Source: Microcoleus sp. (lineage in GTDB: Bacteria; Cyanobacteriota; Cyanobacteriia; Cyanobacteriales; Microcoleaceae). From it: DNA of 64,000 nucleotides. Position numbers and translations under genes: made by a program. The notes under the pieces are model-generated. The model saw only the letters and a program-made list of their open reading frames with translations, was not told the DNA's origin and did not search any database. The DNA is taken from NCBI GenBank assembly GCA_052279835.1, contig CP181291.1, positions 1,408,001 to 1,472,000 of the forward strand, given 5' to 3'. Shown in pieces: positions 30,749-39,165 of this stretch (positions are counted from its first letter, which is position 1; each line of letters starts with the position of its first letter).

Positions 30749-31612
30749 CTATCCTTTTACTGCACCGGCTGTTAAACCTTGAACTATGCGCCTCTGGAAC
30801 ACTAAAACTAGGATAACTAAGGGTAAAGTACCCAAAACAGTGGCTGCGGCGATCGGACCATAGGGAATTTCAAATACCGACACACCACTGAGTTGAGCCG
30901 TTGCTACCGGAATAGTTTTCAGAGATTCGCGAGTCATAAATGTTAGTGCAAAAATAAACTCATTCCAAGCAGAAATAAACGTCAAAATTCCCGTGGTTAC
31001 TAAAGCGGGAAAAGTCATCGGCAGCACAATCTGCCACAGCATTTGAACCGTATTGTATCCATCCACCTTAGCTGCATCTTCCAAGTCTTTTGGTAACTGC
31101 TGAAAAAAACTTCGCATCACTAAAATAGTCAGCGGTAAATTGAGCGCCGTGTAAGGAATAATTAATGCTAAATAATTATTTCCCCAATTTAACGCTTTCA
31201 CAATTTCCAACAGTCCCAAGAATAGCAAAACCGCTGGAAATAACGTCACTATCGTAATCATCGCCAGCATCATTCTCTCGCCCCACAGTCGCAATCTTGC
31301 CAAAGCATAAGCGGCAGGTGATCCTACAGCCAAGCACAAGAGTGTAGAAGTAATGGACACAAAAGCGCTATTTAAAATGTAAAGTCCAAAAGGGCGGCGG
31401 CGGAATAAAGACAGGTAATGCTCGAAGGTAATTCGCTTGGGAATGTAAACATTGGGAATAGCAGAAATATCTGCATTTACCTTGAAAGAAGTCAGCACCT
31501 GCCAGATAATCGGTGCGAGAAAATATGCGGCAATTAACAGCGCTGATATGGGGACAATTAATTGCTGGATGTGAACAGGTTTTTGGGTAGGTTGTTCGCG
31601 GGCTATGGACAT
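30749..31612 (-). CDS. Carbohydrate ABC transporter permease (MalG-like)
   Basis: EAA loop (LEDAAKVDG), WNEF, and GLTAGAVKG C-terminus. Confidence 0.93.
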   Translation of the reverse strand: MSIAREQPTQKPVHIQQLIVPISALLIAAYFLAPIIWQVLTSFKVNADISAIPNVYIPKRITFEHYLSLFRRRPFGLYILNSAFVSITSTLLCLAVGSPAAYALARLRLWGERMMLAMITIVTLFPAVLLFLGLLEIVKALNWGNNYLALIIPYTALNLPLTILVMRSFFQQLPKDLEDAAKVDGYNTVQMLWQIVLPMTFPALVTTGILTFISAWNEFIFALTFMTRESLKTIPVATAQLSGVSVFEIPYGPIAAATVLGTLPLVILVLVFQRRIVQGLTAGAVKG

Positions 31613-31615
31613 AAT

Positions 31616-32524
31616 TTAATTTCCTCCGGCTGCATTGACACGGGATCTCGATAACCAGTAAACTGCGATCGCAACTGCTGCCACTAACAACAAAAAAGTA
31701 CACACCACCAACGCCGCCCCATAACCAAAGTCTAAATACCTCATTACCGTACTGTAAATGTAGATAGAAACGGTTTCAGTCCCCCCGGCTGGCCCTCCTC
31801 CCGTCATCACCTGAATCAAGTCAAAAATGCCGAAAGACTGAGCAAATCGAAACAGCAAAGCAATCACAATTTGGGGCATCAGCAGCGGCAAGGTAACTTG
31901 ACGAAAACTCTGCCAGCTACTAGCACCATCAATGGCATGAGCTTCATACAAATCCGCCGGAATAGATTGCAATCCAGCTAATAAAAGCAAGCTCACAAAC
32001 GGCGTAGTTTTCCAGACATCTGCTGTAATCACTGCCATCATTGCTAAAGTTGGATCTCCCAGCCAACTAATGCTTGTTTTAATTAATCCCAAACGGATCA
32101 AAAAGTCGTTAACTACGCCGTATTGATCGTTAAAAACCCATGCCCAAGCTACTCCCATTAATGCCGTGGGCAGTGCCCAAGGTAGCAGAGAAATTGTCCG
32201 CACAATCCCGCGCCCAGGGAAAGATTGATTTAAGACTAAGGCAATGCCCATACCCAGAATTAATTCCACCACCACAGAAACAACAGTAAATACTGTAGTG
32301 TTGCTCAAGGTTTGCCAAAAACGTCCATCGCCTAACATACGATGGTAATTAGCAAAACCGGAAAAAACCAGTTTGAGTTCAGTACCAAGGTTTTGGGTGA
32401 ATAAACTTAACCAAAAAGCGCGCAATATTGGGTAAGCAAATACTAACAGCAGAATTATTAAAGCTGGTGCTACTAATATCCATCCGGTTCTTTGTTCGCG
32501 CTGTCGCATTATGTCTGATTTCAT
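31616..32524 (-). CDS. Carbohydrate ABC transporter permease (MalF-like)
   Basis: LYEAHAIDGA, VWKTTPF and TGGGP motifs. Confidence 0.93.
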   Translation of the reverse strand: MKSDIMRQREQRTGWILVAPALIILLLVFAYPILRAFWLSLFTQNLGTELKLVFSGFANYHRMLGDGRFWQTLSNTTVFTVVSVVVELILGMGIALVLNQSFPGRGIVRTISLLPWALPTALMGVAWAWVFNDQYGVVNDFLIRLGLIKTSISWLGDPTLAMMAVITADVWKTTPFVSLLLLAGLQSIPADLYEAHAIDGASSWQSFRQVTLPLLMPQIVIALLFRFAQSFGIFDLIQVMTGGGPAGGTETVSIYIYSTVMRYLDFGYGAALVVCTFLLLVAAVAIAVYWLSRSRVNAAGGN

Positions 32525-32544
32525 AGGGAAGTAACTTATTCTTT

Positions 32545-33858
32545 CTACTGAGCTTGTTTAAAACTGCCTAATAAATTGCGAGTTTCGCTAGCAGCAGTTG
32601 TCATCGCTTTTTCTGAAGTCATTTTTCCGGTAAAAGCCGCACTCAAATATCTTTGCAAAATATCTGAAGCTTGAGCATATTGAGCGATAGCAGGACGCAA
32701 AGCGGATTTTTCTACTACTTTTAAAAGCTGCGGGTAGTGGGGATATTGGGTGACAATCTTTGGATCTAAAAACAGAGATTTGTAACTGGGAACTAACCCG
32801 GTTTCTAAAATAAATTTGCGCTGGGTTTCCTCGCTAGTAAGGTATTGAATGGCTCTCCATGCTTGCTGTGGATGTTTTGAGGTTTTGGCTATTCCCCAGC
32901 CCCAGCCACCCAAACAGGAACCGCCTTGTTTACCGACACTGCTGAGCATTGGTGCGATCGCGATTTTGTCTTTGACTTTCGATCCTGCCGTATTCGCTAG
33001 CCTCCAAACATAGGGCCAGTTTCGCAAGAACAGCGATTTACCGCTTTGAAACAATAGCCTGGTTTCTTCTTCGCCGTAGGTGCTGACACCAGCAGGTGAA
33101 ATTCCAGAGGCGATCGTACTTTTGAGAAATTCAACAGCTTTAATTGCCTCCGGTTTATCTAGCCCAACTTCAAAGGTGTCAGGGTTCGCCCAGAAGCCGC
33201 CAAAGCCAGCTAGTACCTCGACAAACATCGCAGATACTCCCTCATATTGTTTGCCTTGCCACAGATAACCCCATGTGGTTTTTCCCTGTTTTTGCAATTT
33301 TTGAGAGATGCTAAACATCTCTTCAAAAGTTTGGGGTGGTTTAATTCCAGCTTGCTCTAAGATGTCTTTGCGGTAATAGAACATTCCGGCATCGGAAGCG
33401 TGGGGAATCCGGTAAAGTTTGCCTCGATACCGTCCGCCTTCGACGTTACCTTTGATAAATTTTGAAAGTTGTTGGGGGGAAATTTTGTTTGTTAAATCGA
33501 GCACCCATCCGGCGGCGGCAAATTTGGGAACCCAGACAATATCCATGTTGATGATGTCGTAGGGCGAATCGCCTAACAAAAAGGCAGATGTGTAAAGATT
33601 TTCTACGAGGTTGCTATCAAATGGCCCTTCGATGAGGTTGATGCGAATGTCGGGGTTTTTTTGTTCAAATTCTTGGATGAAGGGTTTCCAGTTCACAATG
33701 TCTTGGCCCTGCATTAACATTGTCAAGACTACTGGCTGCTGGGTGAGGGCTGGGAGGATAAATAGGAACAAGAAGGTGACTAGGGTGAGGGTGAATAGGG
33801 CTAATAAAGTGGGTGGCTTTTGCCACCCCCATGAAGGTGGGGAGTTGATTTTGTGCAT
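32545..33858 (-). CDS. Sugar ABC transporter substrate-binding protein
   Basis: D..W...FAAAGW, YYRKD, QGKQYEG and RNWPY motifs, like trehalose/maltose-type binding proteins. Confidence 0.9.
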   Translation of the reverse strand: MHKINSPPSWGWQKPPTLLALFTLTLVTFLFLFILPALTQQPVVLTMLMQGQDIVNWKPFIQEFEQKNPDIRINLIEGPFDSNLVENLYTSAFLLGDSPYDIINMDIVWVPKFAAAGWVLDLTNKISPQQLSKFIKGNVEGGRYRGKLYRIPHASDAGMFYYRKDILEQAGIKPPQTFEEMFSISQKLQKQGKTTWGYLWQGKQYEGVSAMFVEVLAGFGGFWANPDTFEVGLDKPEAIKAVEFLKSTIASGISPAGVSTYGEEETRLLFQSGKSLFLRNWPYVWRLANTAGSKVKDKIAIAPMLSSVGKQGGSCLGGWGWGIAKTSKHPQQAWRAIQYLTSEETQRKFILETGLVPSYKSLFLDPKIVTQYPHYPQLLKVVEKSALRPAIAQYAQASDILQRYLSAAFTGKMTSEKAMTTAASETRNLLGSFKQAQ

Positions 33859-34058
33859 GATGTTGTCAGAAAGAGAATTGTGCGATCGCTATTTCTCTCA
33901 TAACTCGCTTTCTGTTGTTTCACGGGATTTAGCCAGTTTGTGCAATAAAAATTTAAGTTAACTTAAGCTTACTTAATAATACGGGAGTGCAGAGTATCAA
34001 AGGGGGCTGATATAAAATCCTCTCTTCATCGTCCTGTATTAAACTCTCTCTTCTCTTG

Positions 34059-34141
34059 CTTCGCGTCCTACCCTACGGGAACGGCTTCGCCGAACGCGCC
34101 TTTGCGGTTAAATCATTCCGATACAACCGGAATTGATATGA
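34059..34141 (-). repeat. Inverted copy of the 30641 repeat plus adjoining sequence
   Basis: CTTCGCGTCCTACCCTACGGGAACGGCTTCGCCGAACGCGCCTTTGCGGTT. Confidence 0.8.
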
Positions 34142-34183
34142 CGGATGACTTCTTCCTTGTTGCTTCTACTTATTTCTAAATAC

Positions 34184-34217
34184 AAAAAACACCGCTCCTC
34201 GAAATAGGAGAACGGTG
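34184..34217 (-). terminator. Intrinsic terminator downstream of the DUF4912 gene
   Basis: Minus strand reads CACCGTTCTCCT-ATTTCG-AGGAGCGGTG followed by TTTTTT. Confidence 0.7.
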
Positions 34218-34343
34218 CATAGGGGGTGTTATGGGTTGTTGTCTGGGATTAACCCTAACAAATCAGTTTTGTGCTCTGGCAAGGCCTTGTGATGGTTCAG
34301 AAATTGGCACAGAGCTTGGCGATCGCCCCATCGATCGTGGTTA

Positions 34344-35720
34344 TTAACCCAACCACTCAACCACAGCATCTTCCTTGGTATTGGTGTTCCGTTGAGGGGT
34401 TTCGCGCTCAAATTTCATGTGGACGGCGCGGTTTTGTTCGCCATCGGCGGCTACTGCAAAAATCGGATAGTCGATCGAGCCATCTTGGAAAGACATCTGG
34501 AAGCGGAAAGTGCCATCAGCATTCAGCTTGATCTGTTGTCCGCCAATGTATACAGTCGCGTCAGGTTCCGTAGCACCATAGACGATCAGTTCCGCATCAG
34601 CAACCAACCAGAACTGACGGGGGCGCATCGGTGCTGCGAAGCCAACTCCAGACATACCAGCACCGGACATGGTGAGGCCAGACATACCCACACCGGACAT
34701 GGTGAGGCCAGACATACCCACACCGGACATGGTGAGAGCGGACATACCAGCACCGGACATGGTGAGAGCGGACATACCAGCACCGGACATGGTGAGAGCC
34801 GACATGGCCGGAGCAGCCCACATACCCACACCGGAGGGGAAAACGTAGGAACTTAAAGCTTGTTCGTGGATGCCCACTTGCTGAACCGAACCTGCGACGT
34901 GCTGCATCGATCCGAAGACAGAACCTGCGACGCGCAAGGATTCCGCCGATTCTGCCATACCAAATATTTGCTGGTAAATGCCGTTACCGTTGCTGTAAGC
35001 GGCGGCTGTTGCTGCGGCCATTTTCTTGGCCGGAGGAACCAGTTCGGCGAAGGTTTTGCCGCGCAAGTCTTCTTCCCAGTCCAGGGTGATGAATTGGTCT
35101 TCGATCCAGTCACTCGGATAGACTGGCGGGACGCGGACTTGGGTCGATCGCGCTAATACCAACCAACGGCCGTCGGCGCAGCGGTAGCCGATGTCGATCG
35201 CATAATCCCGATCGCTTACAGGGATTGGGACGTACCATTCGCGGGCTAGTTCGTCGCAAGGATATTCTTGGATGCTGTGCGGGCTTTGAGTTTCGAGGTT
35301 AACATCTGTGACGTCGTAGATCCGCAGGGCCAGTTGCTGTCCACCTAGACGCCGCATTTCTTGTTTGCGATCGTTGGAAATATCCCAGTAGGTATAAGCC
35401 CATTCCGGGTCTCGCGGCATCAAAACAACCCGACTTTCGCCGTACCCGTTGGGCAAATCTGCTAAACCTTCATCGACAGAGGAAAGAGAACCACCTGTCC
35501 GATCTTCTTGACCTAGTTCAAATTTTGTTGCTTCCACTGCTTCTTGCGCCTCTATTTTACGAGATGGACTGTATGAAAATTTGGTACGCTGAATTTCTTG
35601 AATTGATGCCAGAAGTTGCGATTTCCGCATCCGGCTGTAGCGGGAGACTCCACATTCGCTAGCTACTTTGCGTAGTTGCCGCAAAGTCATCTCTTCTAAT
35701 GGTGGGCGTTCTTTTGCCAT
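34344..35720 (-). CDS. DUF4912 domain protein with N-terminal Rho-N-like helix domain
   Basis: MTLRQLRKVA...YSRMRKSQL; LMPRDPEWAYTYWD; FWLVADAELIVYGATEPDA. Start at MAKERPP. Confidence 0.88.
   Translation of the reverse strand: MAKERPPLEEMTLRQLRKVASECGVSRYSRMRKSQLLASIQEIQRTKFSYSPSRKIEAQEAVEATKFELGQEDRTGGSLSSVDEGLADLPNGYGESRVVLMPRDPEWAYTYWDISNDRKQEMRRLGGQQLALRIYDVTDVNLETQSPHSIQEYPCDELAREWYVPIPVSDRDYAIDIGYRCADGRWLVLARSTQVRVPPVYPSDWIEDQFITLDWEEDLRGKTFAELVPPAKKMAAATAAAYSNGNGIYQQIFGMAESAESLRVAGSVFGSMQHVAGSVQQVGIHEQALSSYVFPSGVGMWAAPAMSALTMSGAGMSALTMSGAGMSALTMSGVGMSGLTMSGVGMSGLTMSGAGMSGVGFAAPMRPRQFWLVADAELIVYGATEPDATVYIGGQQIKLNADGTFRFQMSFQDGSIDYPIFAVAADGEQNRAVHMKFERETPQRNTNTKEDAVVEWLG
34651..34805. 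repeat. Five tandem 30-bp units inside the DUF4912 gene
   Basis: GACATACC(A/C)(G/A)CACCGGACATGGTGAG(G/A)... x5, encoding (A/G)LTMSG(A/V)GMS. Confidence 0.95.
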
Positions 35721-36290
35721 AAATTTTTTCTCCACTAATTTTGGATGGCGGGTTAGGTTTTCCGGCAACATACAATAAATATGTTGACTTTTTGAGGTAG
35801 AAACTCTTGATAACAGCAAATATGCTTGAGCTTCCAAACCTCTCCAACCTTTGAAGCCTTGCTTGTTTTCACTTAGTTAAGTCCCCCATATGGAGGCTAT
35901 AACTTGTTGGCTTCCGCGCGCTACATCCGGTCTAGCTAAAGGTTTTCCCTCGATTTTTACTCGACAAAATCGATGAGAGTGAGTGCGATCGATGCTACTA
36001 CCAATGCTATTGATCGCAGCTCGGACGCTCTTTGACTCGCAGAAATGCTTATTCACAGCATTTCTTCGGGATCGCTTTGTCATGGTTTAATAATGCAGAC
36101 AATTTACGGTCTGGTCAAGGGGTTTTTCGCCTCAATCATGGGTACTTATACGCATTTTCGTGATTTTGGGGATCAATATGTCATGAAATCTTGACATCTT
36201 TTGCTTATGGGGATCTGGATTGGGCTAAATGTTAGAATTTCCTGACATTTTTGTGGTTGGGGGCGATCGGGGTTTTACGGATGGGTGGCC

Positions 36291-36355
36291 AGAAACCGGG
36301 TTTTTTTGATAAAACTTTGTCAAAGCACCCAAAAACTCATAAAAACCCGGTTTCT
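36291..36355. repeat. 65-bp AGAAACCGGG palindromic element
   Basis: Same 15-bp arms as 6743-6806, with an unrelated core. Confidence 0.9.
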
Positions 36356-36364
36356 TTGGTCTGA

Positions 36365-36490
36365 GATGATGCACAATTATTTTTTGGACGTGATTCGCAA
36401 ATAGAAGAATTAGAAAATGCTACTGAAATCCAAAACTTTTTTTTAGCAACAGATCGTAGCGTCCGACAGCGCCTTCTCCTGGAAGTAGTT
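36365..36490 (+). pseudogene. Degenerate fragment resembling the start of an nSTAND1-type NTPase
   Basis: DDAQLFFGRDSQIEEL...FFLA, then after a frameshift IVASDSAFS, which resembles a decayed GASGSGKS Walker A. Confidence 0.45.
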
Positions 36491-36674
36491 GAGGTATGTT
36501 ATTTACGATCTTTTCTCCGACATATTTCAGCTACGCAATATTTCATAAATTTATCATAAAAAAATAGCAAAGCTTTGTATAATTAGTACAAGGTTACTTT
36601 AAAAAACCGATATAACCCTGTAAGGTTTTGTGACACAATAGAATAGGTAATAGCCGATCGCGAGGCCGCCCAGT

Positions 36675-37250
36675 ATGCTCCAAACCACCATTACCATTCC
36701 CCAAACCTTCAAAGTAACTGACGAACAGTTCCAGCAAATTGCTGCCGTCAACCGTGACTTAAGGCTAGAGAGAACTGCTACAGGAGAATTAATCGTTATG
36801 GCACCCACAGGAAGCGAGACAGGCAATCGAAACCAAGATATGTCAGGACAACTCTGGCTGTGGAATCGCCAAACCAAGCTAGGAGTAGTATTTGACTCTT
36901 CTAGCGGTTTTAAACTGCCCAATGGTGCCGATCGCTCCCCAGATGCCTCCTGGGTTAAATTAGAAAGATGGCAAACTCTCACACCAAAAGAACGAGAAGG
37001 CTTCGCTCCCCTTTGTCCAGACTTTGTAGTAGAATTGCGCTCTAAATCTGACAACATGGAACCATTGCGAGAAAAAATGCGAGAATATATCGCGAATGGA
37101 GCTAGTTTGGGATGGTTAATCGATCGCAAAAACCAGAAAGTCGAGATATACAGACAAAATCACGATGTGGAAATATTAGATAGTCCCAGCACTTTATCCG
37201 GGGAAAATGTATTGCCGGGATTTGTCTTAGATTTAACAAATGTTTGGTAG
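36675..37250 (+). CDS. Uma2 family (DUF820) putative endonuclease
   Basis: GELIVMAP, RSPDASW, CPDFVVELRS, LGWLID and LPGFVLDL motifs. Confidence 0.93.
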   Translation: MLQTTITIPQTFKVTDEQFQQIAAVNRDLRLERTATGELIVMAPTGSETGNRNQDMSGQLWLWNRQTKLGVVFDSSSGFKLPNGADRSPDASWVKLERWQTLTPKEREGFAPLCPDFVVELRSKSDNMEPLREKMREYIANGASLGWLIDRKNQKVEIYRQNHDVEILDSPSTLSGENVLPGFVLDLTNVW

Positions 37251-37255
37251 TAAAA

Positions 37256-37415
37256 CTAAATCCAGATTTGATAATTATCTCTCAGTCGGCGGAGGCCGAC
37301 TTTGTTTGTATAGCTGCGGTTTCAACCGCCGAGTATTTCTAAATCCAGATTTGATAATTATCTCTCAGTCGGCGGAGGCCGACTTTGTTTGTATAGCTGC
37401 GGTTTCAACCGCCGA
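37256..37415 (+). repeat. Two identical 77-bp copies (83-bp period) carrying a double-hairpin element
   Basis: CTAAATCCAGATTTGATAATTATCTCTCAGTCGGCGGAGGCCGACTTTGTTTGTATAGCTGCGGTTTCAACCGCCGA at 37256 and 37339. Confidence 0.92.
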
Positions 37416-37493
37416 TCGATACAGTTGCAAAAAGATTCAACAACCGCAATATAATAAATTACAGCAGTACATCAACCTCAAATATCAAATCCC

Positions 37494-39107
37494 ATGGCCC
37501 TAACGCTTTACAACAGCTTGACTCGTCGCGAATCAGCTTTTGAACCCATCGAACCACAAAAGGTGCGGATGTACTGCTGTGGCGTTACGGTGTACGATTA
37601 CTGCCATGTCGGCCACGCCCGCGCTTACATCGTGTGGGACATGGTGCGCCGATACTTGATGTGGCGCGGATACGAAGTTCGCTACGTCCAAAATTTTACC
37701 GATATTGACGACAAAATTCTCAACCGCGCCCGCGAAACAAATTCCACAATGGAAGCCGTAGCCCAACGCTTCATCGACGAATACTTCGCAGACATGGACA
37801 AGTTGAATATTCTTAGGGCAGATGAATATCCCCGCGCCACTCACACAATGGACGGCATAAAAAAGCTGATTCACGAATTAGAAAATAAAGGCTATGCCTA
37901 TGCCTCTGGCGGCGACGTTTACTACAATGTGAGGCAGTTTGCCGATTACGGAAAGCTTTCGGGCCGCAAGTTAGAAGAAATGCAGGCTGGGGCTAGCGGT
38001 AGATTGGAAACAGAAGGAATAGAAGCTCAAAAAAAGCAAAACTCGTCTGATTTTGCTCTGTGGAAAAGTGCTAAACCAGGGGAACCTGCTTGGGATTCAT
38101 CTTGGGGAAAAGGCCGCCCCGGATGGCACATTGAATGTTCGGCGATGGTGCGCGATTGCTTGGGCGAAACTATTGACATTCACTGCGGTGGTTCCGATTT
38201 AATTTTTCCGCACCATGAGAACGAAATTGCTCAATCTGAAGCGGCGACGGGGAAGTTGCTTGCTAATTATTGGATGCACAATGCTTTTGTGACTGTCAAT
38301 GGCAAAAAGATGTCTAAGTCGTTGCACAATTTTATTACAATTCGCGATTTATTGGAGGGGAATTGGTCTGGTGATTTGGAGTCTGATTCCCCCTCAGAGG
38401 GCGGGCACGGGGGCACCGCCCCTACAAAGGGGGGGAGTCAGAATGAATCTGACCCCCCCCAGCTCCCCCTTACCAAGGGGGAGAGTAAGATTCAAAGCGA
38501 CAATGCAAAAGCGGTTGAGCCGATGGCGGTGAGGCTGTTTGTGTTGATGGCGCAGTACCGCAGTCAGATTGATTTTACCGAAGAGGCGATCGCCAATGCT
38601 CAAAATGGCTGGAAAACTCTGAAGGAAGGCTTACTTTTTGGTACTCAACACGGTTCTACACTGGGTTGGGATGCTGAGAAAAATTATGATTTGACTCCAC
38701 AAGATAGCACATTTGTGCAGCAATTTCAAGCAGCTATGGATGATGATTTTAATACGCCCGCTGCTTTGACTGTGCTGTTTGAATTGGCTAAGGAATTGGG
38801 TAAGGAAGGTAATGTTTTGGTACATCAAGGGAAAACCGAAACACCTGCGGAATTGTTGCAGCCAAAATGGCTAACTTTGGTGAATTTGGCGGGTGTTTTG
38901 GGTTTGGAATTTTCGCCGGAAGCTGAGACTAAAATCTCGGTTGGTGGTTTGACGGATGCAGAGATTGAGGCGATGATTCAGCAGCGGAAAGATGCCCGGA
39001 AAGCGAAGAATTTTGCTGAGGGCGATCGCCTTCGCAATGAACTTCAGGATAAAGGGATTACTTTAATCGATCAAAAAGATGGTACAACTATCTGGCATCG
39101 TGGTTAA
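37494..39107 (+). CDS. cysS: Cysteine--tRNA ligase with an in-frame repeat-derived insertion
   Basis: CGVTVYD, HVGH, GRPGWHIECS, FPHHENE, KMSKS and DDFNT motifs. Confidence 0.97.
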   Translation: MALTLYNSLTRRESAFEPIEPQKVRMYCCGVTVYDYCHVGHARAYIVWDMVRRYLMWRGYEVRYVQNFTDIDDKILNRARETNSTMEAVAQRFIDEYFADMDKLNILRADEYPRATHTMDGIKKLIHELENKGYAYASGGDVYYNVRQFADYGKLSGRKLEEMQAGASGRLETEGIEAQKKQNSSDFALWKSAKPGEPAWDSSWGKGRPGWHIECSAMVRDCLGETIDIHCGGSDLIFPHHENEIAQSEAATGKLLANYWMHNAFVTVNGKKMSKSLHNFITIRDLLEGNWSGDLESDSPSEGGHGGTAPTKGGSQNESDPPQLPLTKGESKIQSDNAKAVEPMAVRLFVLMAQYRSQIDFTEEAIANAQNGWKTLKEGLLFGTQHGSTLGWDAEKNYDLTPQDSTFVQQFQAAMDDDFNTPAALTVLFELAKELGKEGNVLVHQGKTETPAELLQPKWLTLVNLAGVLGLEFSPEAETKISVGGLTDAEIEAMIQQRKDARKAKNFAEGDRLRNELQDKGITLIDQKDGTTIWHRG

Positions 39108-39118
39108 AACTAAATCTT

Positions 39119-39165
39119 AGTCTGCGGAGGCAGACTTTGTTCGTGTAGACGCGGTTTCAACCGCA
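39119..39165 (+). repeat. Double-hairpin element between convergent cysS and hydrolase genes
   Basis: AGTCTGCGGAGGCAGACTTTGTTCGTGTAGACGCGGTTTCAACCGC. It overlaps the hydrolase stop codon. Confidence 0.85.

Noticed and set aside
34392..34856. His-rich and Cys-rich repeat ORFs (GHGEARHTHT, CPVLVC, HHVRC)
   Set aside because: They are alternative-frame shadows of the 30-bp repeat in the DUF4912 gene.
36599..37129. 176-aa minus-strand ORF
   Set aside because: It is antisense to the well-supported Uma2 gene and has no recognisable motifs.
37256..37415. CRISPR-like GTTTCAA/GTTGAAAC motifs (also at 7975-8115)
   Set aside because: Only two copies occur here, with identical intervening sequence. 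The motif is a hairpin loop of a dispersed repeat.
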